From NCBI GenBank assembly GCA_944362965.1, contig CALVTR010000004.1, forward strand, positions 43,601 to 107,600: a DNA stretch of 64,000 nt, given 5' to 3'. Positions 23,101 to 31,043 of this stretch are shown piece after piece. The notes below the pieces were generated by a model. The model was not told the origin of the DNA, did no database searches, and was given only the letters and a program-made list of their open reading frames with translations. The first letter of the stretch is position 1. Each line of letters begins with the position of its first letter. Origin of the DNA: an uncultured Clostridia bacterium. GTDB taxonomy: Bacteria > Bacillota > Clostridia > Christensenellales > UBA1242. Both the position numbers and the translations under genes were made by a program.

Positions 23101-26100
23101 TATAGCTTGTTATGACTTTGCCGCTATTTGTTCCAACAAAACCTGTGGTGTCATATAAAGTTGTGTTTGATTGATTTTCCATATAAATACGTTTGGCAAA
23201 AGATGCCGCTATTGTTCCTGAGTTTGAAAGAACAAAACCAGCCATATCGCCTTGACCTATTATATAGAAAGTTTCAAGTTCTTGAGTTGAAGCGTAGGTA
23301 TAACCTGTGGCAGAGCCATTCAAGGTTTGCTCATTGCCAAGAATTGTTATACTTTCGCCACCTACTCTTGAATTTGTTATAGAACCATCATTATTGATTA
23401 CAAAACCAGCAATTTGTGGCACCCATGTTGAATTTTGAGTTACATAAACATTTTCTGTTGTGTTTGCTCCCCTTATGAAATTGACATTGATACCTGATGG
23501 GTTATTGTGCGGCGTTGTTGCTGAAACATTGAGAACGTCGCCCATCGCAGCTTGGTCTGTATAATAAGAAACAACTTCGCAGTTTGTGATTGTTCCGTGA
23601 TTTGTTATTGCAAGACCTGCAATATTTATTGACACATTGTTTGAAAGTGCGGCAAGGTTTATTGTAATTTGCCCGCCATTATATACATTCACTCTGACAT
23701 TTCTTAGTGTTGTGATTGATGATACAGTATCAAAGAGTGCAAGATTTACTGAAGAGCCACTCAAAGAACTTAAATCAAAGCTCTTGATATAGATTGTGTA
23801 GCCGTTTCCGTCTAAGCTTGATATTAGTGATGTTGTGAAAGGTGTGTAGTTTTCAAGAACTATATCATTCATTAAGATATAGTCTTCAGCAGAGAGCGAA
23901 GCACTATTATCATAGTTATTTGGATTTAAATTCTTAAACTCTGTTGCATTTGAGATTGTGACAGGAAGGTCTGGGTCTGAATAGGTTTGAACATTTATTG
24001 TAAAGTATGTGTTATAGACTGTTGGCTCACTGTTGTCACCTAAAGATATATATGTTTTTAGGACTATTGTTTCGCTTCCGCCCATTCTTGTGCCAGTGAT
24101 AAGAACATTTTGTGAAGAAACGCTATATCTTCCGCCTGTTTGTCCATCTCCATTGTCTACAAATTCAAATCTAACTGAAGCTTCATAGTCACCGCTTTTG
24201 ATAGGAATTTCTTCGCCATCGACAACATACCATAATCTTTGCTGAATTTGCATCGGGTTTCCATTGCTGTCATAATTTATTGCATATGAATAATAATCTA
24301 AGCTAGCGTCAGTGTAAGAAGCATAATATTGATATCTTTGGAAGTTTTCACGTGCCGCGTTAAGCTCTTGCACCTTTGCAACGCTATCGCTGTCACTAGC
24401 GTCGTAATTATATGTTTCTGGTATTAAGTTATATGTGATATCAAAAGCCCTACTTACACCATACCATACATCAAAAGTATTGCCATTAGCATTGTCTATT
24501 TCAATGTTATTTTGGTCTATCTTAAAGTCAACAAGAACCACAGTTGCCTGTGTTGTCTTTATCTCTTGAACGCCATTTAGTGTTCTTGATACTTGTGCTT
24601 GAATATAGAAAGCGTTATTTGCAGAGCCTACGCTTGCGTTTATATTTGCGCTAAGAGTTGCTGTGTATGTCTTGATACCTGTGATTGCGTCTGTTTCAGG
24701 CTCAGAAAGTGATGAAATATAAATTCCACTGATACTTTCGCCATCAAGCACCACGCTATCTACCACTTGGTCTTCGCGAACTTGAATTTCAACTTCGGCT
24801 GTTGAGCCAAGTGCAAGGTATGCAGTTGAGCTGCCATCAACAGTAATTGTAGGTTCGCTCAAATAACTTATAGTTAAATAGTAGTTTACACTCGTCAATA
24901 CATTTCCTTCACTTTCATAGAAGGATGCTGTAAATCTAAGAGTGCTGTCTGAGTTTACAGTTGAACTTATTGCTACTCTTATATAGATTGCACCAACTTC
25001 TTTTTCTTCTGCTGTTGGAGTGAATCTTATGAGGTCGCCTTGATTGTAATAATCAGAAGAAGTTGAAGGAATAAATGTTGTATTATCACTGCTATTTGAC
25101 CTTAAAAGTTCAAAACTTACAGCATTTGATACTGTTGCACCACTATAGGACAAGGTCATATAGTCGTAGTATGCAAATGATGGATTGACGCTAATTTGCA
25201 TAATTGAGCTTCTGCCCGGTGAAACAACGCTTGTTTGTTCGCCCTTTGTATGCTGTGTTACATAGACACCTGAGCTTTGCGTCCAAATTGACCTATCTAT
25301 TGTGTAGTTTGTAACGTCTATGCTTGTGAACTGTTGTCTTGTAAGATTGAGTTCTATACTGCCTGAGCCGCCATTTTGTGTGCTGTCACTTCCACTGTTG
25401 CTTACAAATGACACACTAAACGTCATATCTTCATCGACTTGAGCCTTATAATTAGAATATACAGAGAATGATATATTAAATATATAACTATATATACCTG
25501 TTAAGTCATCATAAGAGCTGCTAGACAGACTTACTGTTGCAGTTAAAATATAATTATCTGTTCCATAGTCTTGTGGAAGAAGATAGTTGTATACATTATA
25601 AACACGAGTTTCACTTTCTTGTGAAAGTTCTTCATCACGAACAACTGCTAGTCTGTCGCCATTATAAGTTATTGAAGGAACAAGTCCATATCTGTCACTT
25701 TCTGCTGTTGTGTTAAGTTCCACCCTTACAGCTGCATTTGTTGAAGGTGTGAGTGGCAGACTTTCGCCTGTGTATTCAAATGAGATAACACCATCAACAG
25801 GCACGATTGTGAAGGTCTTTGAAAACTCTTCATTGATTGCAGTTTGATATATGCTATCATTTGTTACAACAGGGTTGAATGTCACTTGTGTTGAACCATT
25901 TTCAACGTTGTTTGCAGTGACTGTGAACACTGAATTACTTATTTTTTCAAGTGTTACACCCATGTTATCTTCAAGCATAGTAAGCTGCGCGGTAAGGTCA
26001 ACGTTATTTTGAACAAGCTCAAATCTCTGTCCGCCATTACCTAAGATAACTGAAGTGTTTTCATAAGTGAAAGTATAATCTCTTGTTCTTGTCTTTTGAA

Positions 26101-29100
26101 GGTAAGTTGTTGAGCCATTTTGAACTTGGTATGAGTTGTTTGCACTATCTACATATGAAATTAGCATTTGAGAAAGGCTTGGCAATACCTTTATCGAAAT
26201 CACTTTGTTGTTTTGAACATCGTGTTTTGATGATATTGTCAATGTGACATCACCTGTGCCTACAATATTAAGCGAGCTTCCTATAACTTTGACAATAGAT
26301 GTATTAGATGATGTGATTATTATGTTGTTTGTAACTTGTCTGCCTACAAGATCTGAAAGACTGATTGTGTTAAGAGCGTTTAGGTCATTTGCTTCTGAAG
26401 TTGTAAGGTCGTTTGCACCTAAAGCGATTTCATAGCTGAATAATATTCCATAGCTACTGCCGCTATCCCCAACCTGCAATGATTTATAATAGCCATTATC
26501 AATAAATGTTTGAACAGAATTTCCTGATACATCTGTCACCTTTTCTTCTTGATAAAGGTCTCTAAAGTGTCTATTACCACCATTTACATATGAATGGAAA
26601 TTACTTCCTGTTGAAACGAGATTTGGAGAATTATCATTAAATCCGCCGTCGTAGTAGTAAACTGAAGTGTAACTTCCCTGTGCATCGTAATATGAATAGT
26701 AGAAATCAGAATTTTCTGAAACCGTGCCAGAGAGAGCTGCATCAACATTGCCATAATAGCTTGAAACGCTATCAATAACTGCAAATGAATAGTAAATTGT
26801 TGACTCACCTACAAGCGTTCCAACAAGTGCACCTTTAAAGCCATTTCCTTGAAATACTGAGCTATAAGTAGTTGTATAAGAGTCATTATTATAGTTATAA
26901 GCATAAGAATATTCAATTACAGAGCCTTCGCTTGCTTGACCGACAAGTCCGCCTATGATATAGCCTGTAAATGTGCTGAAAGCGGTGCTGCTATTATTGT
27001 TTCTATCAGTTAAATTATAAAATTCTACTCTAGAATTTGATATTGTGCCGTTGTTCTGACCTGCTATGCCACCTACTGTTGCATTCGGTGCTTCAATCGT
27101 AAGCCCAAGCACTGAAGAACCAGTAACTAAACCATAGTTTGAACCAACAAGACCGCCTACATAGCCTGTTCCACTAGATGAAAGCAAACTTGTGTAGGTT
27201 TGATATACATCAACAGTGACATTTGTTAAAGTTCCATAGTTTTCATTTGCAATAAAGCCAAGCCCGCTAACACTTCCTGAGAAAGTGATATTTCTTATCT
27301 GAGCATCTTCGCCAATGGTGACCGCAAAGTTTGTTCCATTGAATGCTATTGTTATTGTGTCATCATAGCCTTGAAGTCCACCATTGAACTGAGCAATCGG
27401 CTGTCTGTTTGCACTTTCTGGAATTTCCAAACTATTCATAACAGTGTAGTATAGTTCTGGATTGAGATTTATAAAGCTGTTTTCATCATAAATTCTATAT
27501 GCATAATCAAAACTAGAGCCATCAGCAACTGTGATTTTGATTTTAAGAAGTATATCTCTGAAATAAACTGTTGTTGCATCACTATCAAGCGATGTATTTG
27601 AAAGGAAGAAGGCTTCTTGCACTAAATAGTCATACCAAGTTTGGCTTCCTTCTCTTATAAGACCTAATGCACGCACACTTATCTGGCTTTGCTGTGTCTG
27701 GTCGTCATCATCTAAGTAGCTATAGACAATATTTCCGTTATATATAGCATCTTCTGGCAAGATATAGATATAACCTATCATACCTTGAGTTATTCTAGTG
27801 TTTAATGAAACACCTAGCATATTGGATGAAATTTGGTTGTCTATGCCGACAAATGAACTATCGTCAATAACCCCGCCATTTTCATCTGTAATTAGGTATG
27901 AAACATTGGTATTTCTTGCATTTGTTGGTGAAGTTGAAAGAACGATATAATATGGTTCGCGGTCGCCTACTTCAAAATAAATTCCATCTTCATTGTTATT
28001 TTCCCATGTAACTTCCGTTAAACGTTGAGCATTTCTAATCGTGATATTGATAGTTGTCCACATCATGTCTAGAGTCTGCTGATTGCCTTCAGAATCCACT
28101 AAATTGAGTTGATAGTGTATTTCAAGTTCGTCGTAGAAGCTATATGAACCAAAATTAGATATAGTTGCAATATCAAAGGATATATATGAGTCAGTTATGA
28201 CTATATTGTCTATGGAATATCTTCCATTTGTCCAAGATACAGAGTTTCCACTTGTGACCTTATTTGTCATAATAGGATTTCCGCTTGCATCTCTTATAGT
28301 TGAAACGAAGTTGAAGTTTTCAAGGTCTGTGTATGTGATGCCCGCATTAGCAAAATTGATTGTTATCGTCTTTTTCGTTGAATCCTCGTCACGAGATGCA
28401 ACTGAGTCTGCTGAAAACAGACTGACATTGCGGTCACTCAAAGGAGTTACAGAAAGTCCATCTGGTGAAACATAACTTTCAATCAATATGATTTTTATGA
28501 TTGATGTGTTGCCATTGATATCTGCGTTTTCATCAGCTGCCTTTCCTGTGAATGTTACAACTGCATAGGTAAGCCCTACACCGCTTGTGATGATGTTATT
28601 ATTATCCGAAGAAAAATGTGCGACATTGCTTATCTTATTGGTGTTTGCTCTTGCAGCATTTATAATTGAAAGCACTCCTGCAGGTGTTGTTGCTAGTCTC
28701 TTGAAAACATCCGCTGTTATTGTGTCGCTTTCAACAAAATCAAAATAGGATACATCTATACTTGCAACAGCCGAATAAGCACCTGATGTGTTATACATAT
28801 AAAGCACAGGTGTTGTTGTGCTATTTTTAAGCATGATACTTGAGATGCTGTTCATGCCGCTTATAAGCTCATTGCCATTTGCGTCATAAGATATATTGTT
28901 TGTCTCAACATTTGTGACTGAGTCTGATATGTTGCCTGTGTCGTAAATTATTGCAGCGTCCTTAAGTGGAAGGAAGATATCTATATCAAACACATCACTT
29001 TCAAGTCCATTTTCATGACAAATTTGATAAGAATCTAGGCTTGTTACACCAAAACTTGACCTATTGAGTGTTAAAGTTATTGAGAATGTAACAGAATCTG

Positions 29101-30769
29101 CAGTTGAAGAGATATAAACAGGTTGTGTCATTGTGACATTCTCACTGTTTAGAACAACATAAAGTCCGTCAGTTGTTGTTTGCCCATCAAGAGTGAAGGT
29201 TTTTGTTATGCTTACGTCTGTGATTGAAGAACTTGAGTCAACTCTAAAATTCGCATTTTCAAAGATAAAGTCATCTTGAGAAACGGATTTTACAAGCTCA
29301 GCATAGAAAACATTTGTTATATCTGGATTATCCGCACTTGTGAATGTGATTTCAATGCCTTCAAAGTTTTGAACTGTTATATCAGATGCTGCCTTCATGT
29401 AGATAGTTGAAGCTGTGAGCATATTGTTATCACGAGTCATGTATCTATCTTGAGAAGCATCATATTCCATGATAACTTGCGTCCAGATATTGTTGTTATT
29501 TGCATCTCTATACCAAAATTCTACCGGGCAACCTGCTGAGAGCCCGCCTGTTGGGATGTTTGGATTTGTGATTCTCAAACTGATTGAATACTGCCTTGTT
29601 GCGTCAACAACAGTGGTTGGAGTGATTTGAACGCTGTATTCCTCGCCATGTCCGTTTAAATATTCAGAGTAAAGCACTTGAGTTGTGCCTGCAATATTGT
29701 CTATTGTATCGCTTGAGATGACAATACCATTCACCTTTTCGCGAACGCTGACATTTATAGGCAAGGTTTCAAGAGTTGAAATGCTGTAGTTATAATCTTG
29801 ATAGCCTATCGTGAAGTAAATTATAAAATCTTCATTTATATTGGCGTTATTCTTATTTGCAAAGACTTCAAAGATTAGATTTCCATCATTATCTTCGCCA
29901 GCGGCGTTGATAACAAGATCATCGCTAACTTGTCCGTCAGCGGTTACTACTGTGTAGCCGACTTCTAAGTCTTGAGTAAAGTTGAGTTTTATGTAGCCTG
30001 TATATTCCTCATCTGTTGCAAGGTTAGGAACAATATTGAAGGTGTTATTGTCCTGCGTTATAAGCTCATAGGCTTGATTGTCTCTGTTATATGACCAAGA
30101 CATTGTAAGGTCTTCTTCAAGTCTATCAATAACAGGCAAAGTTATGTTGCAAGTCACTCCCCTTTCTGTTGTTGCCACTAAGGTGATAGTATCTTGAGAG
30201 AAAGCATCTCCTAAAGTAAGGACATTTCCTTCAATGCTTGCTGGAAGAGAGCTATCAAGAAGTGACCATGTTATAGTTCTTCTGCTGTTTGCGCTTGGAG
30301 TGAATGAAATCAAATTATTTTCAACAAGCTCCACGCTGCCGCCGCGAATTGCATAATTATTTTTCTTTGTGGTCTCTTCGGTTTTTTGTTCCATGTCGCT
30401 GACTTCGCTGTATACATCAACTGTTATCACACTTGAAACGTTGCCCTGATGCGTTCTTACAAGCACTTCAGCATAACCTTCTGTGTCTTTTCCTGTTATG
30501 TATATAAGCGTTCTGCCATCTGTAGACTGCTCTGTTCGCACGTCAATGATTTCTTCATAGCCAAAAGCACTAGCAGAGATTGCTGTATCATCCGTGCCAG
30601 TCACCGTTGCCACTACTATTTGCTCCGGAGTTACGCTTTCATCTTTAATCTGCAAAGAAACAGTATTAGTTGAAAGCGTCATATCAATGCTGTTGCTGCC
30701 ACAGGCAGTCAGAATTGATGCTCCTAAGAGCAAGAACACGCTTAGAAGTCCGACAAAAAACTTTTTCAT
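11114..30769 (-). CDS. Giant surface lipoprotein (6551 aa) with Ig-like/beta-sandwich regions and multiple GLUG-like beta-helix modules
   Basis: A single 19,656-nt ORF in an AT-rich genome; AAGGAGG RBS; lipobox LTAC. Recurrent GG(L/I)(V/A)G..N.G.I..S motifs (for example the VGGLVGSNYGLVTG stretch encoded near nt 27121-27180). Module ends resemble W..(E/D).(L/Y)P.L. The C-terminus is Gly/Asn-rich. Confidence 0.85.
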   Translation of the reverse strand: MKKFFVGLLSVFLLLGASILTACGSNSIDMTLSTNTVSLQIKDESVTPEQIVVATVTGTDDTAISASAFGYEEIIDVRTEQSTDGRTLIYITGKDTEGYAEVLVRTHQGNVSSVITVDVYSEVSDMEQKTEETTKKNNYAIRGGSVELVENNLISFTPSANSRRTITWSLLDSSLPASIEGNVLTLGDAFSQDTITLVATTERGVTCNITLPVIDRLEEDLTMSWSYNRDNQAYELITQDNNTFNIVPNLATDEEYTGYIKLNFTQDLEVGYTVVTADGQVSDDLVINAAGEDNDGNLIFEVFANKNNANINEDFIIYFTIGYQDYNYSISTLETLPINVSVREKVNGIVISSDTIDNIAGTTQVLYSEYLNGHGEEYSVQITPTTVVDATRQYSISLRITNPNIPTGGLSAGCPVEFWYRDANNNNIWTQVIMEYDASQDRYMTRDNNMLTASTIYMKAASDITVQNFEGIEITFTSADNPDITNVFYAELVKSVSQDDFIFENANFRVDSSSSITDVSITKTFTLDGQTTTDGLYVVLNSENVTMTQPVYISSTADSVTFSITLTLNRSSFGVTSLDSYQICHENGLESDVFDIDIFLPLKDAAIIYDTGNISDSVTNVETNNISYDANGNELISGMNSISSIMLKNSTTTPVLYMYNTSGAYSAVASIDVSYFDFVESDTITADVFKRLATTPAGVLSIINAARANTNKISNVAHFSSDNNNIITSGVGLTYAVVTFTGKAADENADINGNTSIIKIILIESYVSPDGLSVTPLSDRNVSLFSADSVASRDEDSTKKTITINFANAGITYTDLENFNFVSTIRDASGNPIMTNKVTSGNSVSWTNGRYSIDNIVITDSYISFDIATISNFGSYSFYDELEIHYQLNLVDSEGNQQTLDMMWTTINITIRNAQRLTEVTWENNNEDGIYFEVGDREPYYIVLSTSPTNARNTNVSYLITDENGGVIDDSSFVGIDNQISSNMLGVSLNTRITQGMIGYIYILPEDAIYNGNIVYSYLDDDDQTQQSQISVRALGLIREGSQTWYDYLVQEAFFLSNTSLDSDATTVYFRDILLKIKITVADGSSFDYAYRIYDENSFINLNPELYYTVMNSLEIPESANRQPIAQFNGGLQGYDDTITIAFNGTNFAVTIGEDAQIRNITFSGSVSGLGFIANENYGTLTNVTVDVYQTYTSLLSSSGTGYVGGLVGSNYGLVTGSSVLGLTIEAPNATVGGIAGQNNGTISNSRVEFYNLTDRNNNSSTAFSTFTGYIIGGLVGQASEGSVIEYSYAYNYNNDSYTTTYSSVFQGNGFKGALVGTLVGESTIYYSFAVIDSVSSYYGNVDAALSGTVSENSDFYYSYYDAQGSYTSVYYYDGGFNDNSPNLVSTGSNFHSYVNGGNRHFRDLYQEEKVTDVSGNSVQTFIDNGYYKSLQVGDSGSSYGILFSYEIALGANDLTTSEANDLNALNTISLSDLVGRQVTNNIIITSSNTSIVKVIGSSLNIVGTGDVTLTISSKHDVQNNKVISIKVLPSLSQMLISYVDSANNSYQVQNGSTTYLQKTRTRDYTFTYENTSVILGNGGQRFELVQNNVDLTAQLTMLEDNMGVTLEKISNSVFTVTANNVENGSTQVTFNPVVTNDSIYQTAINEEFSKTFTIVPVDGVISFEYTGESLPLTPSTNAAVRVELNTTAESDRYGLVPSITYNGDRLAVVRDEELSQESETRVYNVYNYLLPQDYGTDNYILTATVSLSSSSYDDLTGIYSYIFNISFSVYSNYKAQVDEDMTFSVSFVSNSGSDSTQNGGSGSIELNLTRQQFTSIDVTNYTIDRSIWTQSSGVYVTQHTKGEQTSVVSPGRSSIMQISVNPSFAYYDYMTLSYSGATVSNAVSFELLRSNSSDNTTFIPSTSSDYYNQGDLIRFTPTAEEKEVGAIYIRVAISSTVNSDSTLRFTASFYESEGNVLTSVNYYLTISYLSEPTITVDGSSTAYLALGSTAEVEIQVREDQVVDSVVLDGESISGIYISSLSEPETDAITGIKTYTATLSANINASVGSANNAFYIQAQVSRTLNGVQEIKTTQATVVLVDFKIDQNNIEIDNANGNTFDVWYGVSRAFDITYNLIPETYNYDASDSDSVAKVQELNAARENFQRYQYYASYTDASLDYYSYAINYDSNGNPMQIQQRLWYVVDGEEIPIKSGDYEASVRFEFVDNGDGQTGGRYSVSSQNVLITGTRMGGSETIVLKTYISLGDNSEPTVYNTYFTINVQTYSDPDLPVTISNATEFKNLNPNNYDNSASLSAEDYILMNDIVLENYTPFTTSLISSLDGNGYTIYIKSFDLSSLSGSSVNLALFDTVSSITTLRNVRVNVYNGGQITINLAALSNNVSINIAGLAITNHGTITNCEVVSYYTDQAAMGDVLNVSATTPHNNPSGINVNFIRGANTTENVYVTQNSTWVPQIAGFVINNDGSITNSRVGGESITILGNEQTLNGSATGYTYASTQELETFYIIGQGDMAGFVLSNSGTIAASFAKRIYMENQSNTTLYDTTGFVGTNSGKVITSYIEGVPNDDSLADDSSYSIYAFEGSSLKSRLGVIAGFVNNNLGTIQNSYSNILIANSTDTVRVYFASGFVYENTGTIEACYSASQIANSRATQMNFSGVDENGDLLANGTYTNCYFFNKRYSGEMSDDGTVESQYGTGAILIPNPAVSSYFYGFAVADGESDGVWQITEEGVTLIEPNLQSYSHRYAYYLDENSGYEGVTAENEQGEYIFRYAILQFTDSSREIDTALGSSNNPILITSAQDFVEVMGNSSSTPISQNYNSSVVWGSYRMVADIDLSTVSESIILPSTTKAFAGRLYGNGFTISNISIASEESDVAYGLFASVESRNGSVPLISNLNLEINQVVAGDAVMVGGLAGYIKDSIIVNIEITFNENSQVTGLNFVGGLVGFSFGNSVIKNIVVTDPYVVADRYSQSAQNAYFDIEKLNGIRNDIRNSLNYNTTISSSVITQLSNYSYAGSVLGFADNFSTTSRNFNINQAEDYSINNIRVSGTVYVQGQVAGGIFGLTGFQTNVRDAGINITGTTAENQSHIIATKYFAGGVVGQSFGALSRIYSAYDDSTQSNIENSIQSFYNGDTTAERGALDIFYLANSSYSQLYIGGIAGYVGSGKLEISYSKLNVTSPSADFAGGVIGGIDLSGTSTYQVSTELLTDGTYTKYFINEVYASGDVRARQDGNSSIMTAGGIIGVSIGSGNRIALLAVNSVNEIANYDYQTEEYLPVTQAMNISYTYKTNLILGSAFNEASDIANNNDIDLTIDNYSSYIEIIQLTSTNSTGTALGLIPTVAFYDSYSFNSFRITMNLFGDVNGSISTEEDSLVYAIASPTNFTNSTVGHTYTQQAFLSSGAWEAVHWVHDTDELFPSIRYQRSSNYIYLDAYEESIVSVFERLQTSNNDLTVVVRGRTSPDSDDSYEDIDLRPYLSSGLIQPISGFSGSIIGSEEYIVTSGDRQGERVRIISSESFIDSTGAGFYMNNVEIEYYTGNSSNITINANGNNNAGLFSVGGLSEATLSNLRIEINSRVTSTILDSSSDYNFGIIAPVITSSTLSNITITSSRIGSGSSIVNITAPATNSNMPNVNIGFLAGTLYQRSSISILRIEGIEYEFNGDLITLSGGSSSRRSLGEVNIGGYFGLTTRDDIALSARVTINNITKSGTSSSVNDTNQGIIVTSNLEISNLHMGGVIGNNQGVNNISNYGGASISLELDLRILSGVRVTENVYAGLVFGQNSTTIDSVNLNNSVLDGGLYVQSGASINNLYAGGFAGELSQNATNIRNIDTINFAVEAYVRGSSTSDEFTKDSFISYSDDTAQYAKRMVAINGNANVGVLVGHTDARFTFSGSASVFTKLNDNGEFIRISTPQNKELNVGSLIGKFSAVSATDANATDTLVVTNNIVSKANIVVSQTGSSTDYTEANVGGMIGSIVSSQDVTAPDSPALASKSQIGNTSQNTINYIGAVFSNAHSINFGGIVGGVYFSNVNDSLTIQNGVFGGALKVFGSTSEEVVAGGTVGALLSSTSSYNAEQVNVTITNNYNYGDVFVEYDEYVAGRNTLSELGSYIFGGVLGEISSGTEGQNPYKIQATLNYSLVTSHNVRYVEVDDSTNNALFGTLPSEDSTIQDNYYSSLVTLTIDDLGTDVGYYLPYLADGYGYNGEKTSLNTFADGNTNLVSLFNSYNLYERSGSETGHVAGQKLSPIVLSATTTGEAQTPTLTNGMAYYVIDTNSSAFTSQLNIGHNTNIGTTTYQRNNLKNVAIIGDGYEIDYSLDSNSSTDQKSLIDTLSGFSYVSGLVVNVDVNANNDDGERTFAGLANTMTDNATVYAVQVKGELSVGGTDAMTVAGLVGNVQSGKIVYATTSLDIIYRAGANGSVYGLAGFDNASSDVTTKFLLYSYSTGSISSYISANLYAVTSGASHTMVDNTYSIVKMTLDDYTRTSAASGTVGVFSDGSDSDTYLLTNSYYDYNALETDLIIESESATDSVIRKDTSTLSNAVLDESSLLSTIFFDKGEYDFNYGYPTLKYGFTKVSSFATAGELQREGEEGTYDYYVTSNDYTRLPNNTRPSTYTSTDAGTDGSTEETFYYIVPHAGILTKMSSITTVLSPVTDNPDGETGDGTAEAEEVNVGHFVLWYSIDISLTDWAEWESLVMNEAFVDFDGNENTLSNLNNSFFKDLGTKDGETVQVRNLRLTDVAVSQKGVLATTIYNAEISNMTISGSTNTAALGVLGLNEGDDPTDADYTVLGGLANEVYNSTISTVTNLVTVTINETEKDTDNIEVGGLVGRMENTTINYSSNYGTINVYYDISSTSSTGNYYVGGIVGHIVGDNNAINYSYNATSVMANYASASALSTTLGDYYVGGVAGYSDATSLSITGSYNAGPIKSGNKENGETYGRGVVRGRSYAAGIIAMAETAEITACYNEGSIEALGTSPTTEYRWNEDTLELKQTSNRNVWAYAIGYLNSGSIKDCVARDATESSIYMNGSMLDFEDPIASWELSDMISGTYLRERTYTTYGRVWLFHLVFSRHFLTRISFTSSIQAPSSSAEVYVQSYNSFGLPNSFTVRVDYVVDIDYANNGWWGNFTPFGYDDENWRNDDNFRPVNNYRATNSEFVSVDATTIYMDYVNSYSDSYSFISNVSNSVSNPYDGTTIKNSTRSQQTEGEDQITTIDGQEYYLVSTNNANTIFNAGVYVYRVEGASLGNIPYTNDTSNYSVSATSNGNSLITYVNSVTEDGLNFTCYSFTPFSGNISYTIHFNYNQTVTFNMSNTKYYYINDNAIGIQIDVLDNYQEVRGYRLFDGFGNDYDLVIKGYKQGAFTGAPAVLGDEENENFVFFGVDEENGMLVYIPNATLVVDETERYSVNNLDLVNNSIVGRSAEDYQENVSKIIDMFNNQTYSLSIEGEETAKDISFGSISGNGETTLSNIGGGTADGNASISYGDELSSWYSSIESNLTYSSDIEVDITNEFDLTGEGYSSYNVTLSGSGDILATYSSSGWSPLRSGTITVSGSAYSYTLSATGDVLTFRFSNLDLSSSSASSLATTLRNYLTNNLLVSASGSPTITNGDITDYASLSSSYTTEQVDAQFIVNLNRYSENTLILDEDDTPILGYSQSRGLIKSSSYNTIDINGNEFTVQLNSSSRELIYTYNGTGSISLNRSSLETILNNYTAITNDFDNVTNLPDLFSSVIDRNNISFNIYNSSGAIMGLATTSTTAVKNYSLNDDSGYFVVDGNQLRFNSDILNSNPSSLQSYYLNGIRVYYGTYNDISYTEDCYTSLNDINVTLYSRYLNENETIGLEFYVDSDAGNYSNLSSVTITGTGNYTQSFDTMSRYEIRGSSVTIGVNVCPVYELAARDSSTVHIALTNASGFDFTVNATISEDRDSITVDSISYYLNSDESSLVTVAHNTGDNGSEQWLFYDNYNNPVFSMAKQNASDDYTYYRYYNSSHRQVYTNTETEDGTTIRIQGEVINNITLGTSIYSSASDIGNFTVSSFLNNSWMPYISDFDILGIDNDYIFIKDGYTFDSSRPSTINEINYTWSGITLPSHQIESISFGVELDKFEVTTAPDSFVENQNYIIIGEEYQIYLNSLNPSGENISLATITVTNSAGNDTSPTITERIDGDVTTKDPFSIILQDDISFTTVDGGFNKPASINIIGNGYYISYYNSPIFQSLEGINSFIKDVNFLADGYGNALFLSGEDNDSLSKLANIAIYGSTNNYTDSSAAIINYTGSAFNTNESSDTNITIYASVVSTINVNNIYLNYAGNDTSGISDITLFGDNINANVTYYGFVSASNGLDGRKGSNGSSINIDGSQGGNGSAGKDIIISRNDDLVIAYDSAILKPGNGGNAGAGGSTYNSYGTAYSERITYISDAVVDFDRGEAGAAGQSGDAGKIILGTDDSAEGSNLSLNGINALSGAKRRDRMTRVSLFDTGMKWGGAFGTNEDDESIGNVLLFSADESLSKSYTGFSTQFENDSTLSNYYTLTGDYATQFPKDEDGESWTGSNYAKLLSEANATD
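30701..30769 (-). other. Lipoprotein signal peptide of the giant protein
   Basis: MKKFFVGLLSVFLLLGASILTAC|GS: basic N-region, hydrophobic core, L-T-A-C lipobox with Cys23. Confidence 0.75.
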
Positions 30770-30842
30770 ATAACCTCCTTGACCGTCATCTTTTTTGCAA
30801 AGGTGACGTAAACCTTACAAACCTATAATCTTGTATAACTAG

Positions 30843-30872
30843 ATTATACATTTTTGCCGTGTTTTTTGTCAA
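30843..30872 (-). promoter_or_regulatory. Promoter candidate for the giant gene
   Basis: Minus strand reads TTGACA (30867-30872), an 18-nt spacer ending in TG, then TATAAT (30843-30848), about 70 nt upstream of the ATG. Confidence 0.5.
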
Positions 30873-31043
30873 ATAAAATAGAAATAATTAATATATTTAT
30901 TAAATATATCTTTTTTTGTAACAACTTTAGTTTTTAAAAAAATATTATTTTTATGCATAAAATATATTTTTAATATTTTTAAAAGGTTTTTATTTGATTT
31001 TTATTGCTTTTTTGATATAATTTCGATTGAAAGCGAGATTTTT

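Noticed and set aside
11322-30673. About 25 short ORFs (60-95 aa) on either strand inside the giant gene, plus similar nested or antisense ORFs inside uvrA, uvrB, dnaE, ppdK, priA and others.
   Set aside because: All lie wholly within much longer ORFs that carry clear family motifs or a continuous frame. They have no RBS and their composition is typical of off-frame translation.
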